A program made the position numbers and the translations under genes. This document shows, one piece after another, positions 36,911 to 50,228 of a stretch of DNA of 64,000 bases (the stretch's first letter is position 1; every line of letters starts with the position of its first letter). This DNA is from Octopus vulgaris (Eukaryota). The stretch spans positions 26,784,001-26,848,000 of the forward strand of contig OX597817.1 in NCBI GenBank assembly GCA_951406725.2. The letters are read 5' to 3'. The notes below the pieces were generated by a model. It saw nothing but the letters and a program-made list of their open reading frames with translations. It searched no databases and was not told the DNA's origin.

Positions 36911-37271
36911 CAAGGCTGTGAAGGCAGATTATTTGTGACCCTGCCCCTGCATTCAGTCTGTCCCTATCAAAATTCTCTCCATACAACCCAGTTTCCAAAT
37001 ACCTCCCCCATCCTCCCACCAGAGTTCCCCACTTACTGTATTTCCTTCCCCTCTATCACCCTCTATCGCCCTCTATCGCTCTGTCTCCCTTTGCTGCCTC
37101 ATGAACTCACCAGCACACAACATGCCCTGTTCAATCTCTTCCCCTCTACAGATCTTCCCAACACCCTTTACTTCTATCTGTATCCACCCACTGCATTTCT
37201 CCCGCTATACTTCCACAATCCCAATCTCTCTCTCTGTTCCATCTTTGGTTCCACTTCACTTGTATACATCT

Positions 37272-37570
37272 ATCAGTCTTTTTGCAGAACTGCTAAGTTA
37301 CGGGGACATAAACACACCAGCATCGGTTGTCAAGCAATGTTGGGGGACAAGCACAGACACACAAATATATATACACACATACATATATATCATATATATA
37401 TACATATAAGACAGGCTTCTTTCAGTTTCCATCTACCAAATCCACTCACAAGGCTTTGGTCGGCCCAAGCCTATAGTAGAAGACACTTGCCCAGGTGCCA
37501 CGCAGTGGGACTGAACCCGGGACCATATGGTTATTAAGCAAGCTACTTACCACACAGCCACTCCTGCGCC
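37272..37570 (-). mobile_element. SINE family A lacking 3' end
   Basis: Family match. Confidence 0.88.
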
Positions 37571-38323
37571 TCATATTTTCTTTTTTTCTTCTTTTGTACA
37601 TCTAGGATTACAATGTTCACTGAACCCTTCGCTATTCCCAATGTTATGCTGTGATTGGAATGGAAATTTGTCTGCTATTTCTAGTAAGTTACAACTACTT
37701 GGAATATATAGAAGCTCGGCTTATGAATAAGTGATCAGAAACATTGATAGATGTCAAGATGCTGAGCTGCAAAGATGAGAATTTAAAGAAAAACATCAGA
37801 AATAGCAATATTTTTTTGTAGCAAACATGTAAAATTAATGCTTGCAAGACAAATAATGAAGTTAAAACATTGCGGTTCCTGCTGCTACTGCTGCTGTTGA
37901 TAATGATGACGACGACAATGATGGTGATGACAGCAGCGGTGACTGAGGTGACAATGTTGATAATCACAACCTTGAAGATCATGATGTCCCTTATGACCAC
38001 AACTACCATTGTTGACAATCACCATAACAACAACATTCGTGATGACAACAATGGAAACGCTGACAGCAGTAATGATGATGATTATGATGATGCTGATTAA
38101 GACAACAGCAGTGGCAATGGTGATAAACAGTATTACTAAGACTATTGTTATTGTTGTTAACATTATTTAAGGTGCTGAGCAGGTAAACTTGTCACCTTAC
38201 TAGACAAAATGAGCAGGTAAAATTGTCACCATACTAGACAAAATATTCAACAGCATTTCTTCTGAATTTATATTCTGAGTTCAAATGCTACCATGGTCAT
38301 CTTTACCTTTCATTCTTTCAGGA

Positions 38324-39101
38324 TCATCATCATCATTGTTTAACGTCCGTTTTCCACACTAGCATGGGATGGACGGTTCAACTGGGGTCTGGGAAGCCAG
38401 AAGCCTGTGCCAAGCGCAGTCTGATCTGGCAGTGTTTCTACAGCTGGATGCCCTTCTTAACGCCAACCACTCCGAGAGTGTAGTGGGTGCTTTTTATGTG
38501 CCACCTGCACAGGTGCCAGACGAGGCTGGCAAACAGCCCCGATCGGATGGTGCTTTGTACGTGCCACCGGCACGGGGGCCAGACGAGGCTGGCAACGGCC
38601 ACAATCGGATGGTGCTTTTTACGTGCCACCGGCATGGAGGCCAGTTGGGGCGGTGCTGGCAACGGCCACATTCGGATGGTTCTCTTACGTGTCACTGGCA
38701 CTGGTATCACAAAAATACAAATTTCCATTGATGTTGATCGATTTTTTTGATTTTGATTTTCACTTGCCTCAACAGGTCTTCACAAGTAGGGTTTGTGTCA
38801 CAAGAAGGAAAGGTATGCATAAGTGGACTGGCCACGTCCCAGGTAGAGGCCACGGGTTATGGTCTCACTTGTTCTGACGGGTCTTCCCACGCACAGCATA
38901 CTTCCAAAGGTCTCAGTCTCTGGTCACTTCCTAGGTGAGACCTAAAGTTCAAAGGTCGTGCTTCACCACCTCGTCCCAGGTTTTCCTGGGTCTACCTCTT
39001 CCACAGGTTCCCTCAACTGCTAGGTTGTGGCACTTTTTCACACAACTATCTTCATCCATTCTCGCTACATGACCATACCAGCACAAACGTCTCTCTTGCA
39101 C
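38324..39101 (-). mobile_element. 5'-truncated RTE LINE inserted into an old SINE B (38170-39190)
   Basis: Collinear with 7322-8095; SINE B resumes at aagtaccagttgagcactggggtcgat. Confidence 0.9.
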
Positions 39102-40075
39102 AAGTACCAGTTGAGCACTGGGGTCGATTTAACCAACATATATCTTCATCCAAAGTTGCTGTTCTTGCACCAAAATTTGAAACCATTATTATGATTGTTA
39201 TTTGCTAAACCAATTTTGTGAAAGTAGAAAACAATTGATAAGCTATTTTAAAGTTTGTTAATATTTTTGCACTCTAGGATTTCATTTATTTATCCTTTAT
39301 GCTTTTCTAATAACTCTCAGTTGCCAAAATGCTAATATTTTCTCATGTCAAAACCATTATATTCACAGCATGCTGAGATAGAGTAGAGTGTGTGCAAAAG
39401 CTATTTTGAACCATGGATTTACAACTACAGAAATCTTCCAAAAGCCTACAACATTATAAAAGAAAATATACACATTTGAATTTTTGTAAATTTTATATTC
39501 AGAATACTGGCATGATTTATAGAGGATTAAACATGTTGCTTGCATGTATTACAGACGTTGCCAGCAACTTGCTAAATTGCTTGCATAGCAGGTAATGAAC
39601 TGAGAGGGTAATGAACTGAGTAGGTATCAGTTTGTAAACTGTCTCCATAGTAACTCATTCCATGATAGAGTATGTATGTGAGTGCAAGAGACAGAAAATG
39701 ACAGAATGAGAGACAAGAAGACAGAAAAGGAGAGGCAGATATTTAGAGAGAAAAAGAGAAGAGAGAGAGAGAGAGCAAGAGAGAAAGAGAGAAAGCATAA
39801 GAGCATGTGTTGAGTTTTTAATACCTTTTTTTTTCAAGCAGCCACAATTAAAAGGCATTTACAGGAATCTCTGTCCATCATTTGTTTTGTTAGATCCTCA
39901 GTTTCAGGTTTTGTGTTTTTACGGGCTTCATAATCTAGGTTTTGGGGTCATAGACAAGAATCCTCTCTTCAAACAATCTACACAAAGAATATTTATTTAT
40001 TTTTTGTTGTACAAAGAACAACTAAGTTCCTTTCATTGGTATTGCTTTATACACATTCAAAAATAATTATTTATT

Positions 40076-40428
40076 GGTGCAGGAGTGGCTGTGTGGTAAG
40101 TAGCTTGCTCACCAAAGCCTTGTGAGTGGATTTGGTAGACAGAAACTGAAACAAGCCTGTCATGTATATATATATTATATACCTATTATATACATTACAT
40201 TATTCTTGTAATTTACTTAATCTTTACTTTTTAATTGTTATTTTAATTTTAACTTTTCTACTATATGTAATTTTCTAGATGGTGTAATTTAATTATTCAT
40301 TTTGAATTGATAAAAGGTGTTTTTTTTCTAATATTCTCTATATATTATATTGTGTGGAATTTGATTTGGTATTTCTAAATTAAATTCTTTTTCCTTGTAA
40401 GTTTGGATTTTATTCCCTCAAATGATAA

Positions 40429-40467
<39 letters not shown>

Positions 40468-40484
40468 GTATAAATGTATACATG

Positions 40485-40515
<31 letters not shown>

Positions 40516-40730
40516 TTGTATATATTTGTGTATGTGTGCTTGTCCCCCCTACCATCGCTTGACAACCGATGTTGGTATGTTTATGTTGCCTTAGCAGCTC
40601 AGCAAAACAGACTGATAGAATAAGTACTAAGCTTTCAAACAATAAGTCCTGGGGTCAGTTTGTTCAACTGAAGGAGGTGCTCCAACATGGCCACAGTCAA
40701 ATGACTGAACCAAATAAAAGAATAAAAGAA
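40076..40730 (+). mobile_element. SINE family A with AT-rich element (about 40180-40432) in its (TA)n
   Basis: Insert is homologous to 35425-35660. Confidence 0.85.
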
Positions 40731-41532
40731 TTAGTCTTTGATGTTATCAACCATGATATATCAAAACAGCATTTAAAAGGTTTTTTATTTTTATGTAAGA
40801 TTTAAGCACAGATATGACTCTATGATTATATTTTCTGTACATGTGATTCTGGGTTTGATTCTGCTGTGTGACACCCAGAGCAATTGTCTTCTACTATAAC
40901 TTTGAGCAGATCCAATACCACATGAATGAAATTTCGTAGATGGAAAATGTGCAGAAATACAAATGTGCGTTTGTATTTATGCATATTTTTGTTTGAGTGT
41001 ATCATCATTATTATTTTGCATCAGTTTTCTCTGCAATTCTGGAGCGTTGCTAATCTCTGAGGAGGAATACCACATCCTAGTCATTAAATTTTTAGATTGG
41101 TTTCTATGCCTGGATCACCTGCTCTACTGCTGTAATTAGATGTGAGCAGTATTGCATACCTTACCATTTTCCCCTGAAACCACTTATCCTCCAGAATATC
41201 CGGAATCATTTCACCTGATATCCAACTTTCATTGTTAACACTGTCCCATTCCACCCACATTTTACATTAAACACCTTTCTGTGCCACCAAATTATTTCTC
41301 CTTCTTTACTGCCATAACCTCTCACTCTCTCCATGCCTCACCTCATAGTCTTGCATCCCACCTAACCTCATGTCATCTTTCTTTCTTTCATCCTTCCTTA
41401 TCTACTGCAAGGAGATCTTAGTCTTAAATTGTCAGGCAACCTCATTAGCCATGGTGTCATGAATTAAGTACTCAATGCACACAGTAAAGTATTTGACATT
41501 AGGAAGGGCATGTAGTCATAGAAACTATGTCA

Positions 41533-41963
41533 AAGGCAGCGAGCTGGCAGAAATGCTAGCACGCCAGGTGAAATGCTTAGCAGTATTTCATCTGCCGCTA
41601 CGTTCTGAGTTGAAATTCTGTCGAAGTCGACTTTGCCTTTCATCCTTTCGGGGTCGATAAATTAAGTACCAGTTATGCACTGAGGTCGATATAAAACGAC
41701 TTAATCTGATTGTCTGTCCTTGTTTGTCCTCTCTGTGTTTAACCCCTTGTGGGTAGTAAAGAAATAGGTATTTCATCTGCCACTATGTTCTGAGTTCAAA
41801 TTCCGCCGAGGTCAACTTTGCCTTTCATCCTTTCGGGGTCAGTTACGGGTCTATTAAATAAGTGTCAGTTATGCACTGGGGATCGATATAATCGACTTAA
41901 TCCATTTGTCCATCCTTGTTTGTCCCCTCTATGTGTAGCCCCTTGTGGACAGTAAATAAGAAA
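41533..41963 (+). mobile_element. SINE family B partial dimer inside an old RTE 3' UTR
   Basis: Full copy to about 41768, then a second head-less copy; tatgtcaaag on both sides. Confidence 0.85.
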
Positions 41964-42395
41964 TTATGTCAAAGTAGACAGTGTAGCATGATGTTGCCAT
42001 ACTCATCAGGTCCCGTCAAACTATTCAATCCATGCCAACACTTAAAATGGACACGAGAAAATGGTGATAATTTGTGTGTGTGTGAAAGTATTTGTTTTCT
42101 GTTGACTTCACACTGATTTAACACTAATCACAGTAATGTTTGGTTGTGTCCCCTATAAACAATACATGCCCAAATGAGATACTTTCATTGTGTGAAGTCC
42201 AGTGGAATAAAGAGTGCCTCGCATAAAAAAAAGGAATAAATTCACAAGGTAAGGTTTGGCAGCAGGAATGGCATTTGGCCATAGAATAAATATTGCCTCA
42301 TTAAATCTCATTCAATCCATGCCACCATGGAAAAAGGGAGACATAAAAACAACAATGATGCAGGTGGGGGGGACAACAATAACGATGATAATGAC

Positions 42396-42870
42396 AATGG
42401 TGGTGGTGGTGGTGGTGGTTTGGGGATGGTGGTAGTGGTGATGGTTGTGGTCCTTGTGCTGCTGCTGCTGCTGACGATGGCAGTGGTGGTGGTGGTGGTG
42501 GTGGTTTGGGGATGGTGGTAGTGGTGATGGTTGTGGTCGTTGTGCTGCTGCTGCTGACGATGGCAGTGGTGGTGGTGGTGGTGGTGGTGGTGGTGGTGGT
42601 GGCAGCAGCGGTGGTGGTGTTACCAGTTGTGGTGGTGGTGGTGGTGGTGGTGGTGGCGGCAGTGGTGGTGGCAGCAGTTGGTGTTACCAGTTGTGGTGGT
42701 GGTGGTGGCGGTGGTGGCGGTGGTGGTGGTGGCAGCGGTGGTGGTGTTACCAGTTGTGGTGGTGGTGCTGGCGCTGGTGGTGGTGGTGCTGGCGCTGGTG
42801 GTGGTGGCAGTGGTGGTGGTAGCAGTGGTGGTGGCAATGGTGGAGATGGTTGTGGTGGTGGTGGTAATGA
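42396..42870. repeat. (GGT)n-based repeat with higher-order units
   Basis: Direct inspection. Confidence 0.95.
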
Positions 42871-43994
42871 CGATGTTGTTTGCGGATGAGGAGGAACTGG
42901 AAGACGATCTCTATATACGATGATGACAACGCCGATAAAGCAACAAAAGGCAAAATGACCCTGTCAATGTTTGTGCGCACAAACTGCAATGAAACTGAAA
43001 GTAAACCTTACAAAGCACTAAACATAGCTTTCTATCTTTTCTGTCAAATCACTTCCATTGTTGTTTTCCTGTATAAATATTAAAACTTCAAAATATGTAA
43101 AAAAACAAAGCATACATCAAGATTGTTGTAGGAAAATAGAATCAAACAGGCATTTATGTACATATACACACATGTATATATACATACATGCATACATACA
43201 TACATATAGATAAATTGTGTATATAAAGGATTCATTTGAGATTTGCCTCTTCATTTAATAATGAATGAAACACTTTCTTAGTTATATAATGCAGATGTTC
43301 ATTTATTGCTCATTTAAGAAATGATGTAATTTTTAATGTAATGAACTTGCATGTGAATCAATCTTCGGTGTGTTTCTCTGCCGCAGTAAGAAGTATATGG
43401 AAGTGAAATATAATAACATAACATAACATGACATCTCAGCTACATTGCAAAACTTTCTTCGCTGTGTAATAAAAGAGACAACAATGATGGGGCGAAGAAG
43501 AACATTTTTATAAATGATTAATCATAATAAATTGAGAGAGAGAGAGAGATAAACAGATAAAGTGAGAAAAACTGACAGAAATATCAGGGCGGAGTGTAAG
43601 CTGAAAGGTTTGATAAAATTCTGCCTTCTTCATGTTACTTAATGGTTTATGTTTGAATGAATATTTAATCTCCAGTTTTAAATCACTATTTAAGCCTTTT
43701 TCAAATGGAAATATTGAGAAAATGGGAAATATTTCTTGTTTTTTTTTTATTTTTAATTTTTATATATATTTTATTTTATGTATTCATTCATTTATCTATT
43801 ATTATTTTTCAAATTTTTAATCAAGTGCAAACTTTCCTAGTGAACAATAAATGACTTGCTTTAACAACTAAATATTTTTCATACAAACCTTTTCCCCTCC
43901 TCTTATTTATTTAATTGATAGTTTAACTCAGTTATTTATTTTAGCAGCCATATTGCACAAAAACTGTAATTATTATTAATCATATGACAATGGC

Positions 43995-44570
43995 AGCAGA
44001 GTGAGGCGAGGAGGAGAGTTTTTGAAGGATGGAGAGGAAGGGATGTATGTGGAATGGAATGGAAGGGAAAATAGTGGAGTGGACAGCGGAAGAGAGTGAT
44101 ATAGAGGGAAACTAAGTGGAGTTGAAAGTGCAAAAGGGAATGAAATAGGGGGGGGGGGGGGGGGAAATGGAGTGATGTGGATAAGGGGGGGGGGGGGGTA
44201 TGGATTAAGGTTGAGTAGAAGGGAATGGATTAGGATTGATTAAAACAGAGTGGAGGGAGAGGTAGGGAAGTAAATGGTTGAGGATTTTAAGGGAGTGGAA
44301 CAGAGGGGAGTGCAGTGAAGGGGAGTTTAAGGGAGGGGATTGCAGGGAAGAGGAGTTTAAGGGAGTGGAGGAACAAAGGGGAGTGCAAGGGAAGAGAAAT
44401 GAGTGGAGAGAAGAGGAAGTGGATTTGAATGGAATGGAATAAAGTGAAGTGGAGTGATGTGAAGGTAGAAGGAAATGAATTAAAGATTGGAGTTGGAAGA
44501 ACTCGACTAGTTTAATAGGGAGGAGAATGGTTTCAAAAGCGGTAGAGTGGATGTAGGATGAAAAGAAGAT
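43995..44570. repeat. Purine-rich (GGA/GGAAT, poly-G) low-complexity tract
   Basis: Strong strand asymmetry, two long G runs. Confidence 0.85.
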
Positions 44571-45131
44571 GATTTGTATGGAGTGCTGTGCAATGCAGGA
44601 AATGGTAGAGCACCAAATTTAATATTCCCCCAGAATTTGGTTTTATCCCTCTGTGTCAACTGACTTTGATCTTTTTTTACCCTCCTTGATCAAGAAAATA
44701 AAATATTTTGACAAGATTCAACCTTACAAAACAGAAAGAGCAAAATAACAGGAAATACCTGGTTTGTGTTGATTAAATAAATATATGCACACATTATAAA
44801 TATAGAAATGCGTATTTCTTTATTTCAAGTTAAAGCCACTCCTAAGTTTTCCTGCCCACTGGCATTTATTGAAGCAACAGCAGAGGAACTTGAATTCTTA
44901 AAAGTTAAGAAGTTCTTATACTGAGCTACAAAAGTGAAGATGGTCAGTTTGTAAACAGGCTTACCATAGTAGCTTCGATGAAGATAACAATAAACTGAGG
45001 AGATTAGTGATAGGTAGGAAAATAAATGAGAGAAAAATTTATAGATAACCAAAATACTGAAATGATAGTCAGTGCCCTTCTTTCAAGAATTGAGACTCAG
45101 CCCATAGGTTGTTGGGAACAGCACAGTTAAA

Positions 45132-45443
45132 TTGTTTGTTCCTTCTCGAGCCATGCCTGGCTCATAAGGGCCAGTTTACTGGTTTCCTTGGTGTATAGGT
45201 CCCCCACCTGGACGGGACACCCATCTGTGACAGGTGAGATGCAAGATGCAGGATGCAGGAGAAAAGAGTGAGAGAAAGTTGTGGCGAAAGAGTCAGCAGA
45301 AGTTTACCATTACCTTCTGCTGGAGCTGCGTGGAGCTTAGGTGTTTTGTTCATAAACACACACAGCGCCCAGTCTGAGATTCGAACCCGCAGTACCTGGA
45401 CCGCGAGTCCACTGCTCTAACCACTTGGCCATGTGCCTCCACA
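45132..45443 (-). mobile_element. SINE family C, tail type 1
   Basis: Family match; flanking direct repeat cacagttaaat. Confidence 0.88.
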
Positions 45444-45726
45444 GTTAAATAGCAGTCATTTGTTGTTGTACAGAACCCACTACACAAATGGACATATTCC
45501 ACATATAATTAAGGAGCTTGCTTTCAAAACCGGTATAAGTGCATATTCAGTCTATTTCATGACAACCATTAAAACACAATTTGCAAGTTGCTGGCTTCAT
45601 GCACGTGAAAGTTTTTTCAGTCAAATTGGGATAGATGCCATATAGACAGTAAATGAATCTTAGTCTTCCAATGAAAACCAGATGTATTTAGATACTGAAT
45701 TTCCGCAAAGTCATTCTGATGCATAT

Positions 45727-46128
45727 ACTCTTTTACTTGTTTCAGGCATTTGACTGTGGCCATGCTGGAGCACCACCTTTTAGTCGAGCAAATCGACCCC
45801 AGGACTTATTCTTTGTAAGCCTAGTACTTATTCTATTGGTCTCTTTTGCTGAACCGCTAACTTACGGGGATGTAAACACACCAGCATCTGTTCTCAAGCG
45901 ATGTTGGGGGGAACAAACACAGACACACAAATATATACACACAGATATAGATATATATATATACATATATACGACAGGCTTCTTTCAGTTTCTGTCTAAC
46001 AAATCCACTCACAAGGATTTGGTCAGCCCGAGGCTATAGTAGCAGACACTTGCCCAAGGTGCCATACAGTGGGACTGAACCTGGAACCATGTGGCTGGCA
46101 AGCAAACTACTTACCACACAGCCACTCC
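45727..46128 (-). mobile_element. SINE family A
   Basis: Full length. Confidence 0.92.
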
Positions 46129-46361
46129 TATCTGGTTTTGAAAGTAAGCTCTTCATATATTGTTCCAGATAGACACCTCTGTATGTGTAAATAACTGAAT
46201 AAAATATAGAGTAGAGATGACAAGAAATCCCAAAAATACTTAACAGGTATGCAGCCCTCCCCATGAAGGTCTTTCAAATTAATATCAAAAGAATAAAAAC
46301 ATAACACATACCAAATAAAAAACAAATACCAGACTTTTAGAGCAAATATTTTAACCTGTAA

Positions 46362-46578
46362 TGCAGCGAGCTGGCAGAAACTTTAGCATGCCAGGCAAAA
46401 TGTTTAGCGGTATTTCGTCCATCTTGACATTCTGAGTTCAAATTCCACCAAGGTCAACTTTGCCTTTCATCCTCTCAGGGCTGATAAACTAACTACCAGT
46501 TGCGCACTGGTGTTGATCTAATCGACTGCACTCCACCAAAAAAATTTAGGGCCTTGTGCCTAGAGTAAAAAAGAATAT
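46362..46578 (+). mobile_element. SINE family B, alternative tail
   Basis: Tail gccttgtgcctagagtaaaaaaga; TSD-like aatattttaacc. Confidence 0.85.
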
Positions 46579-46744
46579 TTTAACCAATGCTCTAGCAATT
46601 CTGTCATTTTTACAACCTTTTGTGTTCCTCATGTACATACAATGATTATTTTTATTACTATTCTGATCATGAGCACTAAGAAATTTCATACTTGAAATTC
46701 ACATAATGCTCTACATTTTTACCATTCTTTTTACTCTGGAGTCA

Positions 46745-47300
46745 AATAGGAATGCAATGTCAATTACTATACTATATTTTTCTATTCTTGTCAATGACTA
46801 CAATATTTGCCTAGTTGAGTTTCTTTCCTCTTTCACTTTGTATTTGCAACTTGCACTGCAATTTCTTTTCATAGTTTTCATACGCTTGCATTTATGCATT
46901 TATATTCCCACAATTTGATATAGGTTTCCTCTGTACTTGCAAAATCACACTTCCATCAAAATCCCAAAATTCCAGTAAATTATTACCAGAATCTTCTCAT
47001 GCCTACATATTTTTTTTATTCATTCAGAACTATGGACATTCTGATACAATGTGAGATACAGTCACCTTTGAATCATTATGTCTTTGGCACTTAGTTGAGC
47101 AATTCTGCTGATCTTTCATCCTCTTGATCCAATTTATCCTTAGTACCTGTTCCTCCACTGCCAAGATTAATTCCTCTATCTCTTTCTTCATTACCCATAT
47201 TTTTAACCATAGCCAGTTGTCCTTGTCCTTCTTTATCTATGGGGTTTTTTTGAAAAATGCCAAGCGAAAGTCCTTTCCTTCAATGTATGATTTCCATTTT
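46745..47300 (-). pseudogene. Decayed R4/Dong-type (RLE) non-LTR retrotransposon, zinc-knuckle/RLE region
   Basis: Minus strand 47223-47033 reads KDNWLWLK..MKKEIEELILAVEEQVLRINWIK...KCQRH...TVSHIVSECP; further on NIVVIDK...IDIA. Confidence 0.75.
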
Positions 47301-47959
47301 TTCACTTTTCCCAAATTTTCTATTTAGGGTTTGCCTATTTTGTATATAGTCCTCCACTCATTACCACCTTAAGGAGTGCTTATTTTTCTTCAAGACTTCT
47401 GCCTTAACTTGTCTTCACTATTTCTCCAGCATCTTTGACACTCATTAATCCTCTTTCTTGTTTTGCTCTTTTCTGTTACAATTGCTCCACATCAGATTTT
47501 GGATGCATGCTTCTATGCATTCAGAATCATTTCCTCATTTTCATTTTGATGTTCCTCACCACTTCCTTTCTGCAATCAATGAATCTGGTCCCACACCTTT
47601 GTAGAAGAATAACCTTAGGTTGATTGCTTGTATGATATTCTTGTATTCTTTTGGATGTCAGCATCTTTTTCTTTCTGTAGAAATATTATTCACAGAGTGT
47701 TTTCTTCATTTCTATACTTTTGATTTTGTTGCTTTCAGGTATTCTCAGATATTTACACACAAGTGTCAATGATGTAAAACTTTCACTAATAACAAGAAAC
47801 ACTAAAAAACAAGCCTTTAAGATAAAACATAGGCTCATCAAACATCTTCGTCCACCTTCTCAAAAACTAAACTCTTCCACATTCAACAGGAAGAGAGAAA
47901 TACACATGATAGTATGGAAAGAATCCTGTTTGAAACATCTGGAAATACACAATAAAGTA

Positions 47960-48179
47960 ATAATCCTTTCTACTATAGGCACAAGGCCTGAAATTTTGGG
48001 GGAAGGGGGCCAGTTGAATACATCAAACCCAGTGTTCAACTGGTACTTAATTTATCAACCCTGAAAGGAAGAAAGCAAAGTTGACCTCAGTGGAATTTGA
48101 ACTCAGAATGTAGCAGCAGACGAAATAAGGCTAAGCATTTCGTTTGGCATGCTAATGATTCTGACAGCTCACTGCCTTC
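47960..48179 (-). mobile_element. SINE family B, alternative tail
   Basis: Same tail type as 46362-46578. Confidence 0.85.
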
Positions 48180-48222
48180 ATAATAACAATAACAATAATA
48201 ATAATAATAATAATAATAATAA

Positions 48223-48478
48223 TTGTCCAATTTACATTGGACAATATGTAGGCATTATAAAATCAAAACCTCTGACAAATGGTATAAACATCATCCTGAA
48301 GCTGTGACTGAGGAAGAAAATGTGTCGATTCTATGGGACTTCCTCGTGCAGACAGACAGGACTATAAAAGCCAATAAACCGGATATTATTATAAAAGATC
48401 TGACAAAAAGGATGTGTTTATTAATTGACATGATTATTCCTTGCAATCACAATATAGCGGCGAAAGAATTTGACAAGG
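48223..48478 (+). pseudogene. R4/Dong-type RLE endonuclease fragment
   Basis: LHWTICRHY...WYKHHP..V..EENVSILWDF.VQTDRTIKANKPDIIIKD...CLLIDM.IP...N...KE..K is the PD..D RLE motif; directly preceded by (TAA)n. Confidence 0.88.
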
Positions 48479-48544
48479 GTATTTATTGATAGAAACCTCT
48501 CTTCATGCACATTGAAGGAGACGGGTTATATGAAAGCAGTTTGG

Positions 48545-48793
48545 TGTCATGTAAAACGCACTCAGTTCACTCTACTGGATGTTTGGTGCTAGGAAGGGCA
48601 TCCAGCCATAAAAAACCCTGCCAAAAAAAAGATACAGAAGTCTTGTGCTGGTTCCTGCCTGGCCAGTTCCTGTCAACCCATTGAACCCATGCCAGCATGG
48701 AAGGCAGATGCTAAGCAATAATAATGATGATGATACTGGTAGTGGTAGTGGTAGTGATGGTGGTGTTGGTGGTGTTGGTGGTGGTGTTGATGG

Positions 48794-48831
<38 letters not shown>

Positions 48832-48922
48832 GTGGTGATGATGATGATGGTGGTGGTGGTGATGGTGGTGGTGGTGGTGGTGGTGGTGGTGATGATGATG
48901 ATGATGATGATGGTGATGATGG

Positions 48923-48958
<36 letters not shown>

Positions 48959-48975
48959 CGATGATGATGATAGTA
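48545..48975 (+). repeat. RTE 3' UTR remnant whose tail expands into a (GAT)/(GGT) microsatellite
   Basis: aggaagggcatccagcc...cccatgccagcatgg followed by about 250 bp of triplet repeat. Confidence 0.85.
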
Positions 48976-49635
48976 GCAGAACATGGGTACTGAATGTTGC
49001 AGAAGTGCAAAAGCATGAAAGATGTAAAATTTGTAATCCTAAAGACAAAAAAAAAAGGGGGGAATGTAAATACTTGCAGTTCTTGAGAAAACCCACCTAG
49101 CAAAATAAAATTTATGATCTTGCGCTCACTTTCTCACAATATATCTTCCTAATAACCTCTCCCATAACCAGTACTCATTCATTACATCCCCATCTCTAGC
49201 TCCTCCCACACTATGTTTGAAATCTTGAGAACTTACCCCCCCACTCACCTTCTCCAATCCCTGCTCTAATTCATTATATACACCACCCTGTAACTTGGGT
49301 GTATGGTTGCTGCACCCTCCTCGACACATCTTCCCTGTCTAACTCTCCTCTCTCTCTCCTTGTCTGAGGTAGTCGTGTTCCTCTTCTAATGCAAGACACC
49401 TTTTTCTCTTTCAGTACTACACTGCTTTTCATTTGTAGGTGTCTTGTTCTGCAGTTGGTCGATAAAAAGCACCCTGTACACTCTGTAAAACGACTGACAT
49501 TTAGAAGGGCACCCAGAAGAACTTGTTGCAGTCTTCTAAATTACAAGTTCCTATCAAAGCATCCTACCCATGTCAGCAAGGAAAACAGATGTTAGGGAAT
49601 GGTGATGATGTTGATATATATATATATATATATAT

Positions 49636-50010
49636 ACTTCTGGATCTCACTCATAAGGTATTGGAATCTTACATTGTGCATGAACTTTATTTTTTGAAGG
49701 ACACATTTTAAATTCTGTTGGATTTTACTCATAAGGTATTGGAATCTTACATATATGTACCATTCTGCATAAACAATGGATCTACAACTTCAATATCCCT
49801 ATATATCTTACATCTAGTTTTTTTCCTCCATCTCACTCTCTATTTTGTATCCTATCTAAACTACTATTACTTAACCATCCTCTCACACCGTCTCCGATGA
49901 AGGGATATAATTAATAAATATCCTGGAAACAGCTGTAAAGCCTTCTATCTATAAATCTTCTAATATCTACACAGCCTTGGTTTTTTTATTTCATTACACA
50001 AAAAAATTCT
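49636..50010 (+). mobile_element. Penelope-like terminal fragment between microsatellites, with degenerate minimal hammerhead
   Basis: ccgatga-agggatat...atatcctg-gaaac-agct-gta at 49894-49937. Confidence 0.6.

Positions 50011-50228
<218 letters not shown>

Noticed and set aside
42301-42923. Pro-/Gly-/Val-rich ORFs
   Set aside because: Translations of (GGT)n, open in several frames on both strands.
48572-49103. Poly-Asp/His/Ser ORFs
   Set aside because: Triplet-repeat expansion of a LINE tail.
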